From: Takakia lepidozioides
Taxonomy: Eukaryota > Plantae > Bryophyta
Reading direction: 5' to 3'
NCBI GenBank assembly: GCA_030704615.1
Contig: CM060731.1
Coordinates: 1,798,001 to 1,862,000, forward strand
DNA length: 64,000 nucleotides
The notes below the pieces were generated by a model. The model ran no database searches and was not told where the DNA came from. It saw only the letters and a program-made list of their open reading frames with translations. Shown piece after piece: positions 24,501-37,635 of the stretch. Within the stretch, counting starts at the first letter, position 1. Each line of letters opens with the position of its first letter. A program made the position numbers and the translations under genes.

Positions 24501-27068
24501 AGCGTCTTGCTTTACGTTCACCAACTAAATGGAATATTTGTTGTCTTGTAACTCACCTTTGGTCTGCCAGCACTGCTTTGAGGGTCGCTTCAGGAGCCTC
24601 CACCGAACGAAAATGTCCCAGCAGCTGTTGTCATCCCAAGTCAACAGGCTTAGGGACTTTAATCTGAATTGATCAAATTAATAGTGTCATGTACAAGGTC
24701 TTGAGTTTGACACACCATGGCAAGATCTATGTGCTAGTACACTTTATCAAGCAATGTGGCATCTCCTGTACACCATGCCTACATACTCTCACCCGACACC
24801 CTTTATCACTTGCTTTGAAATAAACTCACTCCAACAAACCACCTTTCAACTAATGGCCCTCTCAGATCCATGAAGGAGAAGGAATCTTGGAGTACCTGAT
24901 CTGGTAAAGGCTCTGTTACCACCACTGCAGTGCTCGATGATCCCCTTGTGTCCAACACAACCCCTGCAATCTAGTCAACTTCTATGGGTCCAAGAGATCA
25001 TACATCACACTAATCCTTTCAGACAATGAAACTACAAAAGTTTTCAACCCTCCCTTGCTTTGCATGAAAGCTGTACCAACGGTTATGTAGGACTGACAAA
25101 GGGGGAATACGAGGATATTTGGTGAACAGGGCACTTTGCACTCACCAAGACTTTACCTGTGTTCAGAGTGCCAATTCTGTACAACACCAAAGCCAATCCT
25201 GCTGAAAGGGCTGCTGCAAAGAGTACAAGTGGCACTGCCCAGTGAGGCACATTTGTGACTTGAATGGGTGGTTTCCGCAACACTGAGGGATAACGTACTG
25301 CCCGTGGCTTAGCCTGTTTTCACATAGAAAGCTTTGACTCAATACTTGAAAATGACATTACAGTTGTGCATTCAAGGTAGATAAGAAGAGTGACGGAGTG
25401 GGAGCAGCCCCTTCTGGTAACCCTGTCTGGCACTTTTCAAGAGGCTTCAGACCAGCTTGGAGGGTCTGAGGCTGTGATTACTCTGTCAGGTGCTAGGTAA
25501 TATGACAGCTCGTAACTGGCCCTGATAGATCATGTTTTCCTGTTCACTGACTGTACAATAGCCAGTGCATCCCCCATAGAATCCAAATGCAAAGATGTTG
25601 CCTTCAAGCTTGAGTTTCTCTTCAGTTGAGAGGAGGGAGCTGTCTGTGTCACTCCTACCGCATCCTTCTTTTGGCTTTTGGTGATGAATGACAGTTGTAC
25701 TGCAGACAAAGGTTCAAGGCAAATGGGATGCCCATAACTGATGAAAAGAAGAGGAGCATACACATTGATGTATCCTAATAGAGTGAGGGCTATCATGGCA
25801 GAGATGCCGCAACACCATGCTTTCTAGTAAAATGTCAGTGCCACCCCACTAGATCCCCTGGATCTAGATTATCCTCCTAGGACGTTTGCAGCTGCGTTTC
25901 ATACCATAGTGGGTCGAAAGCAAGAGGGATTTATTAACACCTTGACTGTATCCGCATGTCATGAATACTGGCAGGTCTGATTGAACCTCAAGCCTCCTGG
26001 TGCAAATTGGATCACCCATAGAGCAGAAAGGGCACCCATTTTGAAATCCTCGTTAGACCACTTTGAGGCTCAAACCCGAGTGCTCATAATAAATTACATT
26101 GAATACCCCTAATTTGGCTGATGAATACAGCTAATTAGGATCAAATCTCCAACTGTGTGATGAAACCGATGGGGATTTGCATTCCAGAAGTTTCAAGATT
26201 AAAGTACACTTCAAATGAAAGACCAAATGATCTCAGCACTTGAATGACTCTCCAACGTGGTCATGATACTTTGGTACCATCACGAGTGTGCCAAAAAATT
26301 GCACAGACAATCATTGTTGCTGGAATTTTGCCATGCTTATGTCCAGGTCAGCCCTGTTGTTCGTCCAGGTAAAAGAGGCCGGGTTGGCCAAGGCTATGGG
26401 CCCCACTTCAGACCCACGAACTCAGTGGTTTATGAGATGTAATTTGAGGGAGGACCTCCTTCCATGAGCTACTCTGAATTCTAACCTACTGGCACGAGCA
26501 GACTTTTAACTCAGCCATATATTTAGATTGATGCACTAATTGACGCAAATTGATTTCTTAGAGAGAACCCTAAAAGAGGTTAGATCCATGAACATTCTTC
26601 TCCCATTGCTCAAGGTCAGAAAATTTGCTTGACTTTTTTTTAAGTAGATTTGGTCAAAAGACTTTCATGTAGTGCACGTATTAAAACAAAGGGCTGCACT
26701 CCTCCCCAACAAGATGTGAAGAAACTCACATCTGAACGACTTCTCGTCATCAAATCTGCCGCAGTTTGTTGAATTACCCTGCTCTCTGGCTCGCCTTCAT
26801 CGCTCGACAACACGCAAGTAGACCAGTTCTTCTTTTCTAGATCTTTTCTCAGCAGATTTTTGGCAGCACGATGAATTAGTCTTTTCCTTGCCTGTCCTCC
26901 GTATTTCGAATAGCGGGACCAAAATCCAACCCCGAAGACCTGAAAAACTGGCTTTGGTGGAAAGAAACTGGAAGGAGGTCCGTAGACAGATGGTGAAGAA
27001 CACGAAAACACATACGTGGACCCTCTTGTCAGGGAGCATACACAGTGATGCGCAGTGAGAGACAGCAT
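21504..27068 (-). CDS. D-alanyl-D-alanine carboxypeptidase, peptidase M15B/VanY family, cyanobacterial type; putative chloroplast peptidoglycan enzyme, about 362 aa
   Basis: Nine exons join in phase: 27068-26730, 25313-25157, 24963-24896, 24624-24557, 23733-23644, 23090-23009, 22521-22431, 21880-21832, 21648-21504. Motifs LLGHF, LSGFRS, SAPPGYSEHHTGYAIDIGD and YEPWHWRYVG. Ser-rich N-terminus plus one TM helix (WAVPLVLFAAALSAGLALVLY). Confidence 0.9.
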
Positions 27069-27704
27069 GGCGCCCTCCTAATGCAGTTGCTCAGCTCACT
27101 ACTGCCACATGCACAGAGCGGGACATAGAATCAGAGAAGACACAGATTCTCAAATTCTAGACTTGCAAAGCGGGTCCGCTAGATAAAATAAGATAACCAA
27201 GAGCGGGTCCACTGACATCCCACATGCCTCCGTCCTTGTGTTTCAGTTGCTTTGCAGAGAGCACAAGCCATATCTATTTTGCAACGGATCGATGTGGCTA
27301 GCTCCGCGTCATCTCATCTTCCGCCTATGCCTGACACTTTGCCTATCTCTTGCATGATCTCCTCTGGGCTCTTGGCTAGGAGGGTCGCTTTGCTTGAGTA
27401 GCCTTATGTTTTCGACGCCGGTTGAGTAGCTTACTATAACTTTTGTTTTCTTCTCTAACTGAGTAGCTTACTATAATTTTTTGTTTTCTTCTCTTGTTTC
27501 TTGTTCCTCCCCCCCTTTTTTTGAACTTCTCATCCTATGCACGATCACCCATTGTACATGTTGTAAATAAAGTCTTACCGGGTTTCATCAACATTACCTT
27601 TTATGTTACAATAAAGATAAAAGATAAAGATTCTTTAACGTCCAGTGAATTTACGAGCCTAATGCTCAACACATTGGCCATGGAGGGCCCAATGGACAGT
27701 TTGA

Positions 27705-27789
27705 AGGCACATGTTGAAGGATTGAACCCAGGATCACCTAGGTTATGCACAGGCAAGGCACAAACATTCAACCACTGGGCTACCTGCTC
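27705..27789 (-). repeat. tRNA-derived (SINE-head-like) sequence with Pol III A and B boxes
   Basis: On minus, TAGCCCAGTGG (27782-27772) and GGTTCAATCC (27728-27719). It does not fold into a proper cloverleaf. Confidence 0.45.
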
Positions 27790-29561
27790 AAGTACAATGA
27801 AAGTCATCTTCATGTAAAAAGAACTAGGGCTTCACGTTGCTCCGCACTACTAGCGACGAATTTTGAGAACTACGTTCAATTTTTCAGAAAAAAGGGGTGG
27901 GTCATCCCCACTGTGTTACATGCAGAGATCCCGTGTTTTGTTTTTTTCTAGAAGAAAATTGGCGGATCTGCATTTCAATGTTCAATTTTCACAAGCCGCA
28001 TCAATCAATAACAACATACCCAAATACCCTTACATTCACTATATGAACTTTCAAGCATCCACCGTGGGATTGGATCTTGGTGGCTTAACGCTAGCTTTTG
28101 ACAATATTCATGTAAGTTCATCGAGGCTCCATCTAAAGCCACACCACGAGAAACAAACAAACATGTCTAAATTTAAGATGCTGAACAAACTCGTGCACAG
28201 GGCTGCCCCTCTCATCAAGCTCATTAAAATTCGTATTCACTTCCATCTTCAAGCTTTGGAGAAGCTCCACCACCCAAACCAAGAATTAGGACAGCACTCT
28301 GATTTCCATCCACTGTCACCAGACACTAGCATCTTTCCAAGAAAACATCCTATCACCACAAGAACAAATCCCATCTTCAAAGTGGTGGAAAGCAGGATCT
28401 GAGATTGTAATGCACCCTGCATTAGAGTATCCATATTTATTTTCTGAAGCACTAAGTATATCATGATTTTTCGACCTTTTTTCTCATGTTGGAAAGCCAT
28501 AAAAGCAACATGTTCCTCTCCCATTCCTACACTCACCCATATGGAATAATAATACAATGAATATAGAATATTCTATATAGAATATTCTTATTCCATCCTT
28601 TGATATTTTGACTATGGACCCTAAGATTAGATGAATCACAATTTTTATTTATTTTTTGGGTACCCTTATTTAAGTGTTGTGCATATAAAATTGTTCCTAT
28701 GCATATCTAAAATTTGTATGCACGCATACATTCCTCCATATGCATGCATTTGTGTGCGCATCAAGTGGTCCAGTGGTCTCTCTTTTATTTCTCCTTCCCA
28801 AGTTTGGTCTGTCTGCTTTGTCTACGCACTTCATAGTTGCCAGTATCACAGTCCAGTGCTGGAATCACCATTACATTGTCCATATAGACTCTACATTGCA
28901 GACTGCATTCTTGCAATACATTCTCAGATCAGTTGCACTCCATCCGTTCAACAAGGGAAAAAAAAACAGTCGTCCAAGGCTTTTCACTGCAGAATATAAT
29001 ACACAACAGGTGCCAATGACAGAATTTGTGTAGCAATAAATTATGTACCTAGAAGTAATGGTTGTTGCTATGATTGAGGCAGGACAAGTAACTGCCACCT
29101 TTATCGCTTCATTAATCTCTGGATTCCCCACTGATAGACTAGAATAATTACCTCACATTTCTGTATCAGACTCTTGTGGCACCAGCTCTCTCTACAACTG
29201 AGCTAACCAAAAGCAAAGAAAACAATATTCTCAGCTAGAGGCTTTGTTATTGCAAATTCCCACCAGTGAATGGGATCCAGATGAATTTTACAGTACCGCT
29301 AGAAGTGTTAACCATCAATCACCCTCTTTCATGCATTACCATTGTTGTCGTATCATGTTCACAGCAGCACTGTTGGCGCAGTTGTTAGATTACCTAAGAT
29401 AGTAAGGTACTTTTTCCTTGTTGTAAGAATCAGCATGGGGACGCACCAAATCGCTTGCCTGTGGAATACCGCAGCGGAGCAGCATCATGGACAGGGGATG
29501 GTGTCATAGAGAGGGGTCGAATTGTGTTTTGGACAGCCGAATTTTTCCGTGTCAGGCAGCC

Positions 29562-29816
29562 CTAGGTAGGCTTGGCAAGGAGCGAGCGGAGGATTGGGCT
29601 CACATCCTCAGTAAACTTTATCATGAGGAAGAAGATAAGTCTGTAGCCAATGACCATGCCAAAGACAACTGCCAAATCTTCCCACTTGCTTCGGTTGGTA
29701 TCGATCTGATAGAGCATACATATGGAAGCCTATGTAAGACATACGGTAGCGCCAGACGGCCTTAGGCAGATATTTGGGGAGTCGGGAAAATCCCGCCACC
29801 AGCATATATATATACC
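29562..29816 (-). pseudogene. ABCG11: ABCG11/WBC11-like half transporter, C-terminal fragment
   Basis: (GIY)MLVAGFSRLPKYLPKAVWRYRMSYIGFH joined across an internal deletion to RSKWEDLAVVFGMVIGYRLIFFLMIKFTEDVSP. TA-slippage frameshift near 29805. Confidence 0.75.
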
Positions 29817-29849
29817 CTGAGCCACAAACAGGGTAACATTATGCAATGA

Positions 29850-32800
29850 CGAATCTCTCTCAAACACTCCCTCTACTTTATGCTGTCTACAACATGAATA
29901 ACTGTGCCCAGGGCTGCCAGGCTCGCACACACATTGCAAATGCACAAGAACATGATGTGATTTGGCTTCACCCCTTTCCTACATCATTTGCTCATAGGTC
30001 TCCATAGCCTCCATCCCACACCCATGCTGCTGTCATGGCACTCCAAGACACCACATTTCGTTTAGCCATATTGTCGAACACTCCCTTCGCGTCTTCAATG
30101 CACCCACATTTGGCATACATATCCACCAGGGCACTGTTCGGAATGACATCTGGTACAATTCCAGCTTTGACAATGTCGCTATGAACCTCTCTGCCCTTCT
30201 TCAGGGCTACGAGGCTTGCACACACGTTGCAAACACCAACACACGTGATGTGGTCAGGCTTCACCCCTTCCCACATCATTTGCTTGTAGGTCTCCATAGC
30301 CTCCATCCCGTGCCCCTGCTGTGCATATCCTGCGATCATGGCACTCCAAGCCTACCACACTCATTTGGCCATATGGTCAAACACTCCCTCCACATCCTCG
30401 ATGCACTCACATTTGGCATACATGTCCACGAGGGTATTGTTCAGAACCACAGCTGGAATTTGTTGAATGCTTCTGCATCTTTTGCTCATAGGTCCCCAAA
30501 GCCTCCATCCCACACCCATGCTGGGCATATCCTGTGATCATCGCATTCCACGATACCACATCCCGTTCAGGACAAATACTCTCTTTGCAACCTTCATGCT
30601 CCCGCATTTCGCATACATGTCGACAAGGCTATTGTTCAAAATCAGATTTGGTACAAGTCCAGCTTTCATATGTCAGCATGGACCTCTTTGCCGTTTTCCA
30701 GGGCTGCCAGTCTCGCACAAGCCTTGAGAATGCAAACAAATGTGACCTGATAGGGCATCTCCCCTTGCTGTATCAGTTGATCATATGTCTCGAAGGCATT
30801 CCTACCACAACCATGCTTGGTATATCCTGCCACCATATTGTTGAACACTAGACAGGCCTCCCTTACACTCCCATATTTGGCATATATGTTAACAAGGGCA
30901 ATCTCCCAATTAATGTATGACGGAATTGCAGCTTTGATAATGTCAACATGGATATCTTTGCCCTTCTCCAGGGCCACCATGCTGGCACCAACATTGAGAA
31001 CACAAATGAATGTGGCTTGCACAAGCATTACAAATGCACACAAACATGATGTGGTCGAGCTTCCCCCCTTCCCCTATCATGGACCTCTTTGCCCTTTTCC
31101 AAGGCTGCCAGGCTTGCACAAGCATTGCAAACGCTCACAAACATGATGTGGTTGCATTTAACCACTTCCCCCATCATTTGCTCATAGGTCTGATCCAAGG
31201 CCTCCATCCCGCGCCCCTGCTGTGCATACCCTGCAAGCATGGCGTTCCAACACCAAATCTCGTTCAGCCGTATTGTTGAACACTCCCTCCGCATCCTCAA
31301 TGCTCCCACATTTGGTATACATGTCCATGAGGGTATTGTTCAAAATCACATATGTACAGCTTTAGCGATGCAACCATGCACCTCTTTGCCCCTTTCCAGG
31401 GCTGCCAGGCTTGCACACGCACACAAACGTGATGTGGTCGCGCTTCACCCCTTCCCCCATCATTTGCTCATAGGTCTCCAAGTCCTCCATCCCACGCCCT
31501 GCTGTGCATATCCTGCAAGCATCACGTTCCACGACAACAAATCTCGTTCAGCCATATTGTTGAACCCTCCCTCTGCATCCTCAATGCTCCCACATTTGGC
31601 ATACATGTCCACCAGGGCAGTGTTCAGGATCACACCTGGTACAGTTCCAGCTTTGGCGATGCAACCATGCACCACTTTACCCTTTTCCAGGGCTGCCAGG
31701 CTTGCACACGCATTGCAAATGCACACAAACGTGATGTGGTCGGGCTTCATCCCTTCCCCCATCATTTGTTCATAGGTCTCCAAAGCCTCCATCCCACGCC
31801 CCTGCAAGCATCGCGTTCCACGACACCACATCTTGTTCAGCCATTTGAAAACTCCCTTCGCATCCTTCATGCACCCACATTTGGCATACATGTCCACCAG
31901 GGTAGTGTTCAGGATGACATCTGGTACAAATCCAGCTTTGACGATGTCACCATGGATCTCTTTCTCATTTTCCAGAGCTCCTAGGCTTGCACACGCATTG
32001 CAAACACAAACAAATGTGTTGCGGTTGGGCTTCACCCCTTCACACATCAATTGCTCATAGGTCTCCAAAGCCTCCATCCCGCATCCTTGTTGTGCATATC
32101 CTGCAATCATCGCATTCCACGACACCACATCTCATTCAGCCATACTGTCGAACACTCCCTTTGCATCCTTGATGCACTCACATTTGACATACATGTCCAG
32201 CAGGGCAGTGTTCAGAATGACATCGAGTACAATTCCAGATTTGACGATGTCACCATGGACCTCTTTGCACCTTTCCAGGGCTGCCAGGCTTGCACACGCA
32301 TTGCCAATGCAAACAAACGTTATGCGGTTGGGTTTCACCCCTTCGCACATCATTTGCTCAGAGGTCTCCAAAGCCTCCATCTCGCGCCCTTGCTGTGCAT
32401 ATCCTGCAATCATTGCACTCCACGACACCACATCTCATTCAGCCATACTGTTGAACACTCCCTTCATGCATGTCCACGAGGGTATTGTTCATAATGACAC
32501 TCGGTACAATTGCAGCTCTGACAATGTCGCCATGGACCTCTTTCGCCCTTTTCCAGAGCTGCTAGGCTTGCACACGCATCGCAAATGCACACAAATGTGA
32601 TGTGGTCGGGCTTCACCCCTTCCCCCATCATTTGATCATAGGTCTCCAAAGCCTTCATACCACATCTTTGCTGTGCATACCCTGCGTGAATCCACTCTTG
32701 GCGTGAATCCACTCTTGGCGTGAATCCACTCTTGGCGTGAATCCACTCTTGGCGTGAATCCACTTTGGATAATGTGAGTGTGCACCTGCTTTCCAGCTTT

Positions 32801-33900
32801 CCAGCTTCCAGACCTTTCATCTTGATGCACTTAAGCAAGAGACAGACAAACGTATCTGAATCTGCTGAAATGCCTCCTACATTTGGCATACATGTCCACG
32901 AGGGTATTGTTCAGAATCACATCTGGTACAATTCCTGCTTTCGCGATGCAACCATGCACCTCTTTGCCCTTTTCCAGGGTTGCCAGGCTTGCAAACACAG
33001 ACGTGATGTGGTCAGGCTTCACCCCTTCCACCATCATTTATTCATAGGTCTCCAAAGCCTCCATCCCACGCCCCTGTTGTGCATAAGCATGGCGTTCCGC
33101 GGCACCACAGTTCATTCAACCACATTGTTGAACACTGTTATCTGTTTTTGGATACTTTCATGCTGCCACATTGGCAGTTACTTGTCAAAGTCATTCCACC
33201 CAGACAATCTTCTCAGCTCAGCATGGATTTCCTTAATTCTGGGATGCAACTTGTCATCTACAACGAAGGTGTGCACCCTGTTGCCAACCTCAATGCAGCA
33301 GCGACCTGGCTCCTGGCTCCTTTCTAACCCCTCTGACCGTGATCATTCTTCTCACCTTTGCAGTATCATCCCACCTGCCAGCTGCGGCATAGATGTTTGA
33401 TAGCAACACATAAGTCGCGCCATTTCCACATTGCCATGGATTCTGTAGGCACCAAGCAAGGCCTTCCACACCACAACATCTGGATTTCAGTAGGCCAGTG
33501 TGGCTGCATGCAGAGAGAACACATATAAAGGTGATACCGTCCGGCTTCAAGCCGTTCTTTCGCATTTCTTCAAATAGTTGCAGGACCTTGACAACCATGT
33601 TGGGCATATCCTGCGATCATCGCATTCCACGACACCACATTTCATTCAGCCACATTGTCAAAGACTCCCTTTGCTCGACCACTCATGCATACATCTTTGC
33701 TTTGCTGCTAGCAGCCGACAATGACAGCCTAGATTTGTTCTAGGAAACACCCAACTCAACTTATCCTACTAGTTCATATGCTCAATTGCATCTGCTACTC
33801 TCTGTTATCCAACAGGCATTTACCTTTTTGCCTCGATTGTCCCACCATTAATAGGGGTCAGAAAAGTATTCATTCCACAGCTTCTCCTCGCCTGAGTAAA
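29850..33900 (-). pseudogene. Scrambled, frameshifted array of PLS-PPR fragments closely related to the gene at 13886-16822 (inverted orientation)
   Basis: Many broken P/L/S motifs (VSWNAMIAGYAQQG, LNTALVDMYAKCG), the N-terminal L motif GISADSDTFVCLL..CIKMKGLEAGK (about 32820-32875), E-domain pieces (33200-33480) and a PDF-exon copy (33824-33891). Confidence 0.9.
32684..32766. repeat. 17-bp tandem repeat GCGTGAATCCACTCTTG, 4 full copies plus 1 partial
   Basis: Units start at 32684, 32701, 32718, 32735 and 32752, with no spacers. Confidence 0.95.
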
Positions 33901-35580
33901 AATTGGCGATCCAAAAGCCTTGTCTTCAGGCTGCAACCTGCATAGGCCTTGTATTCTTTTTTACCATCACAGACAAGGTCCATGCGAGGACTCCACATAT
34001 GCAGACTACCATTTTCTGCACCTGATCCAGAGTACGCAACACAAAATGTGTCAGAAGCATATCCTCTCTTTCATCCCCTTCCGCAATGTTTCAAGATTGG
34101 AAAGATCTCCCATGTTTGTGGTGTGATCTATATCCAGCTTCGCCCTGCCACCTTTTTCAGACTTCTATCCTCCATCAATTTTGTGGTCTTTTCTAGATTG
34201 TCCACATCTGAGTTGCAGCATAGATATTTGACAGCAGCCTATACACTGCAACATTTTGTGGTTCTAATTTTAGAATATGCGTCCTAGGATGCATTCAGCT
34301 AGCTCCTGTTGCTGTAATTATGGAAGCATCAAACACTCTCCGCGCATCCACCACGCTTCCACACCTGGCATACATGTTGACAAGGGCATTCCCTAAACAG
34401 ACAATTGCCTCAACTCCACCTTCTGTGATGTGGGCATGTACACGCCTGTCATGTTCCAGTGCTGCTGGCCAGTGCAGGCGTTGAGGATGGTAACAAATGT
34501 GAGCTTGTCAGGCTTCATACCTACTCGTTGCATTTGCCAGAAGAGTTCAAATGCCTCTTCACTGCGCCCTTGCTGAATGTATCCTGCAATCATTGCATTC
34601 CATGAAACCACATCTTGTTTAGGCATATTGTTAAAGACTCGGCATGCATCCACCAGACTCCCACACTTGACATACATTAAGAAGGGTGTTTCCCACATGG
34701 ACATCTGACTCAAAGCCAGCTTCAATGATATGGGCATGGACCATCACGCCTTCTAGTTGCGTTTGCCGAAAGAGCGTGAGCATTCCATGAAATCACATCT
34801 CGCCTAGACATTTTTCAAACATCTTTTGCGCATCCACCAAACTCCCACACTTGGCATACATATGGACAAGGCTAGTTCCTACATAAACATCTGATTCAAA
34901 TTCAGCTCTGACAATGTGGGCATGAAGCCCCTTGCCCTGCCCTAGAGCTGCTGGGCTGGCACACCTTTTGAGGATGCAAATGAGAGTGACCTTGGGCTCT
35001 ACACCTTCTTGTGGCATTTGCCCAAAGAGTTCAAATGCCTCTTCACCATGCCCTTGCTCAGTTTATCCTGCAATTATTGCAGTCCAAGAGACCACGTCTC
35101 ATTTCGGCATTTTGGCATCAAGTGCCAAAATCCATGCCTCTTCACAAATCATGCATTCATCTTTTCCCTTGCTGCTAGCAGCTGACAATGACAACCTAGG
35201 AAACACCCAATCACACTAGTTCCTATGCTGAATTGCGTCTGCTACTCTCTGTCATCTACCAGGGATTCAACTTTTTGCCTCGGTTGTCTTACCATTGACT
35301 GGGGTCAACAAAGTATTCATTCCACACCTTCTCTCTGTTACCTATTTTCGGATACTTTCCTGTTATCACATTGGCAGTATCATGTCAAAGTCACTCCAAA
35401 CCAGATTCACTCAACCAGCTAACTTGCAGAATTCAACAAGGAAATTTAAGGCCGACTCTGACAAGAGGGAAAAACAGGGTGAAAAGTGTTGAAGAAGGTG
35501 CCTGAACATTAGCAGTGCCTTGTTCTATCATTTGTGCCGTTGCCGCTGCTGTTTCCAGTTGACCATCTACCCAACGACCT
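33900..35580 (-). pseudogene. Second degenerate PPR-E(-DYW) paralog with PDF-motif fragments
   Basis: DVVSWNAMIAGYIQQGRSEEAF, VGTSLVHMYAKCGSLVDA and YRLLSNIYAA...KKVAGRSWI. PDF N-half at 35271-35335 and WVDGQLETAAA at about 35530-35572. Confidence 0.75.
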
Positions 35581-36132
35581 AACTTGCAGAATTCAATATG
35601 CATCTCAGGGCCAAAACAGTAAAATAACCAAAAGTGGTGGATGCTTACCAACGTCACTAACTCTACTTGCTACAACATTGATATCCACTCGATTGCTTAG
35701 ATCATTCTCTTTTGAAAAGCCCTCTTCAGTAGCTGAACAGCACTTGGAGACGACTGGATGACTAAATCACTGACAACCAAGACCAGGTTGACTTTCAAGT
35801 GAAGACAGCCAGAATGCAGTGCCACGTGGAGTAGCCAGAAACTATGAACGAGAGAGCCCTTGAAGGAGAGGATGGAAGAGACGGGGGGATGGCTGCTCAC
35901 ATACCTCCTCTCGCCAGTCAACATTGTTCAAGATTCCCTGACACACAGCGAAAAGAGGAACACCCTTGTACAAAACCTGCATAAGCACCTTATTCAGCTC
36001 CACCTGCAGCTATCCTACCATCCCACAATATAACTTCTTGGAAATGAACAGTGCGGAGACCCCTCTAATTTGGTGCAAATCAATTCTGCCAATACAATAA
36101 CCCACAGAATGGTGAACAAAAAAGGGGGTTAC

Positions 36133-37330
36133 CTCACTCGCTGCAAAACCTGGGTAAATTTCAACCCCAAGTTCCTCTGTTTTCCCTCCTAGCCACCGCA
36201 CCAGCTCACTCAAGCTATTCAAAGCATAGCACATGGTTATGGAAGGCTTCAACAAGCATTGCCAAATAGCTGGCTCTCACATAGAATAATACCCCTTGCC
36301 TTTGTCTCTGTGGTTAAGCACAAGTGTTTGTTCCAATCGAGGGTTTAGGATTTACCAAGCCTCCTGGGATTTGGTGGCCCAGTGAATCATGGTGGAAGAC
36401 TTTAGTATGCTAGTTTCCTGCATGCAACTGTCTCTTCCCCGTCTCTCTGTACACTTCAATACCTGTTCTACATAGGAAAGTATCAGCATAATTTCCACAA
36501 AGTTGAATATGTGGAGAAAACAAAAACATTGCACTCAAGCCGGAGTAGGAGAGTAGAAGCTGACCTAATAACAAAGTTACTATTGTTGTTGAAGGGAGAT
36601 GGGAGTGGCAGTGCACGTTTCTCAAATAACATCCAAAACTTGTCTTCCACAACTGGCACACGCAGTGGAGCCTGTGTCAAAAGATCCAATTGATATCCTT
36701 CAACCAATCCTCATCAGCGATAATCTGCTATTATCAAATTATCATGAACGGATGTGTCTCAATTGATTAGCACTCATCAGCAATCACTCCATTTCCAGCT
36801 GAATAACATCATGAACGGAAGACAGTCACTCCCCAAGCCATCTACCTCTCTTGCATCATCCAATTTTCATAAGTATGGACTGAGGACATACGCCTTGATC
36901 CTTCCAATCTGGAAAGAGCTCACTGAGTGCCCGTGGTTCAAACACATTTCCCGAAAGTATGTGTGCACCTGCCACATATACAGGAACAGTCAGGCGCCGA
37001 GGTTCTGTATAAATCTCTGTTGCACGATGAACAACATTGATCATGGCAATAGACACTGAGGCAAGGAAGCAACCTACTGTCATTACGCCCCAACCAACTT
37101 GTTATCCATTATGTGCTGCAAAAGTACAAATTGGTCATCCAAAGCTAGCCTGGCTGTCATCCAGATTGTACAACTAAGCACCGTACAAGAGAGGGGCAGA
37201 GAGCTGACCAACTTCAGCACCCTTCTCAACCACGCACACAGACAGATCAGTGCCCTTCTCTATGCACAGTTGCTTTAGTCTAATTGCTGCCCCCAAACCG
37301 GCCGGGCCTGCACCCATCGTATATGTCATT
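36133..37330 (-). pseudogene. ETFQO: Electron transfer flavoprotein:ubiquinone oxidoreductase, N-terminal 4-exon fragment
   Basis: GAGPAGLGAAIRLKQLC...VCVVEKGAEVG / AHILSGNVFEPRALSELFPDWK / APLRVPVVEDKFWML / SLSELVRWLGGKTEELGVEIYPGFAASE, with GT-AG introns retained. Start and remaining exons are missing. Confidence 0.85.
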
Positions 37331-37635
37331 CTTACGACGAAGTTCGCACCACCTGGGGTCCAGGATTGGCGCTCAGCACAGATTACACTGAGGCTAAGGT
37401 TGAAGAACTCGTGTTACAGCTCCGGTTGATAACTCTAAGCCCAAACACGAGAGTTTGTAACATCATGGATATCAGGTCGGAGGTCGCTCTCCCTGGAGAT
37501 AGATCACACAAGGCCGGCCCAATGAAGGATTGCAGTATACAATATGGCATAGATGTGTGAGGCAATGTGGTTATTATGTTGATCGGAAGAGAGAGTCCTG
37601 AAGAGAAAGAGAAAGATTACACTTCTTGCAGCTGC

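Noticed and set aside
24625-24663. In-frame TGA suggesting the DD-carboxypeptidase is a pseudogene
   Set aside because: The downstream acceptor caacag| at 24624 skips it, keeps the phase and restores DQLLGHF.
1208-27068. Functional cluster of plastid-related genes (PFK, LHCB5, PPR, DD-carboxypeptidase)
   Set aside because: Unrelated pathways and mixed orientation. Plastid-targeted genes are common enough for chance adjacency.
21504-27068. Bacterial contamination or a vancomycin-resistance gene
   Set aside because: Eight GT-AG introns, a plant-type N-terminal extension and plant flanking genes.
32684-32766. CRISPR-like array
   Set aside because: Head-to-tail 17-mers with no spacers, eukaryotic context and no cas genes.
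33900-34260. U-to-C (DYW:KP-type) editing domain remnant
   Set aside because: Too degenerate to call, and the visible box (AGRSWI) is PG-like rather than KP-like.
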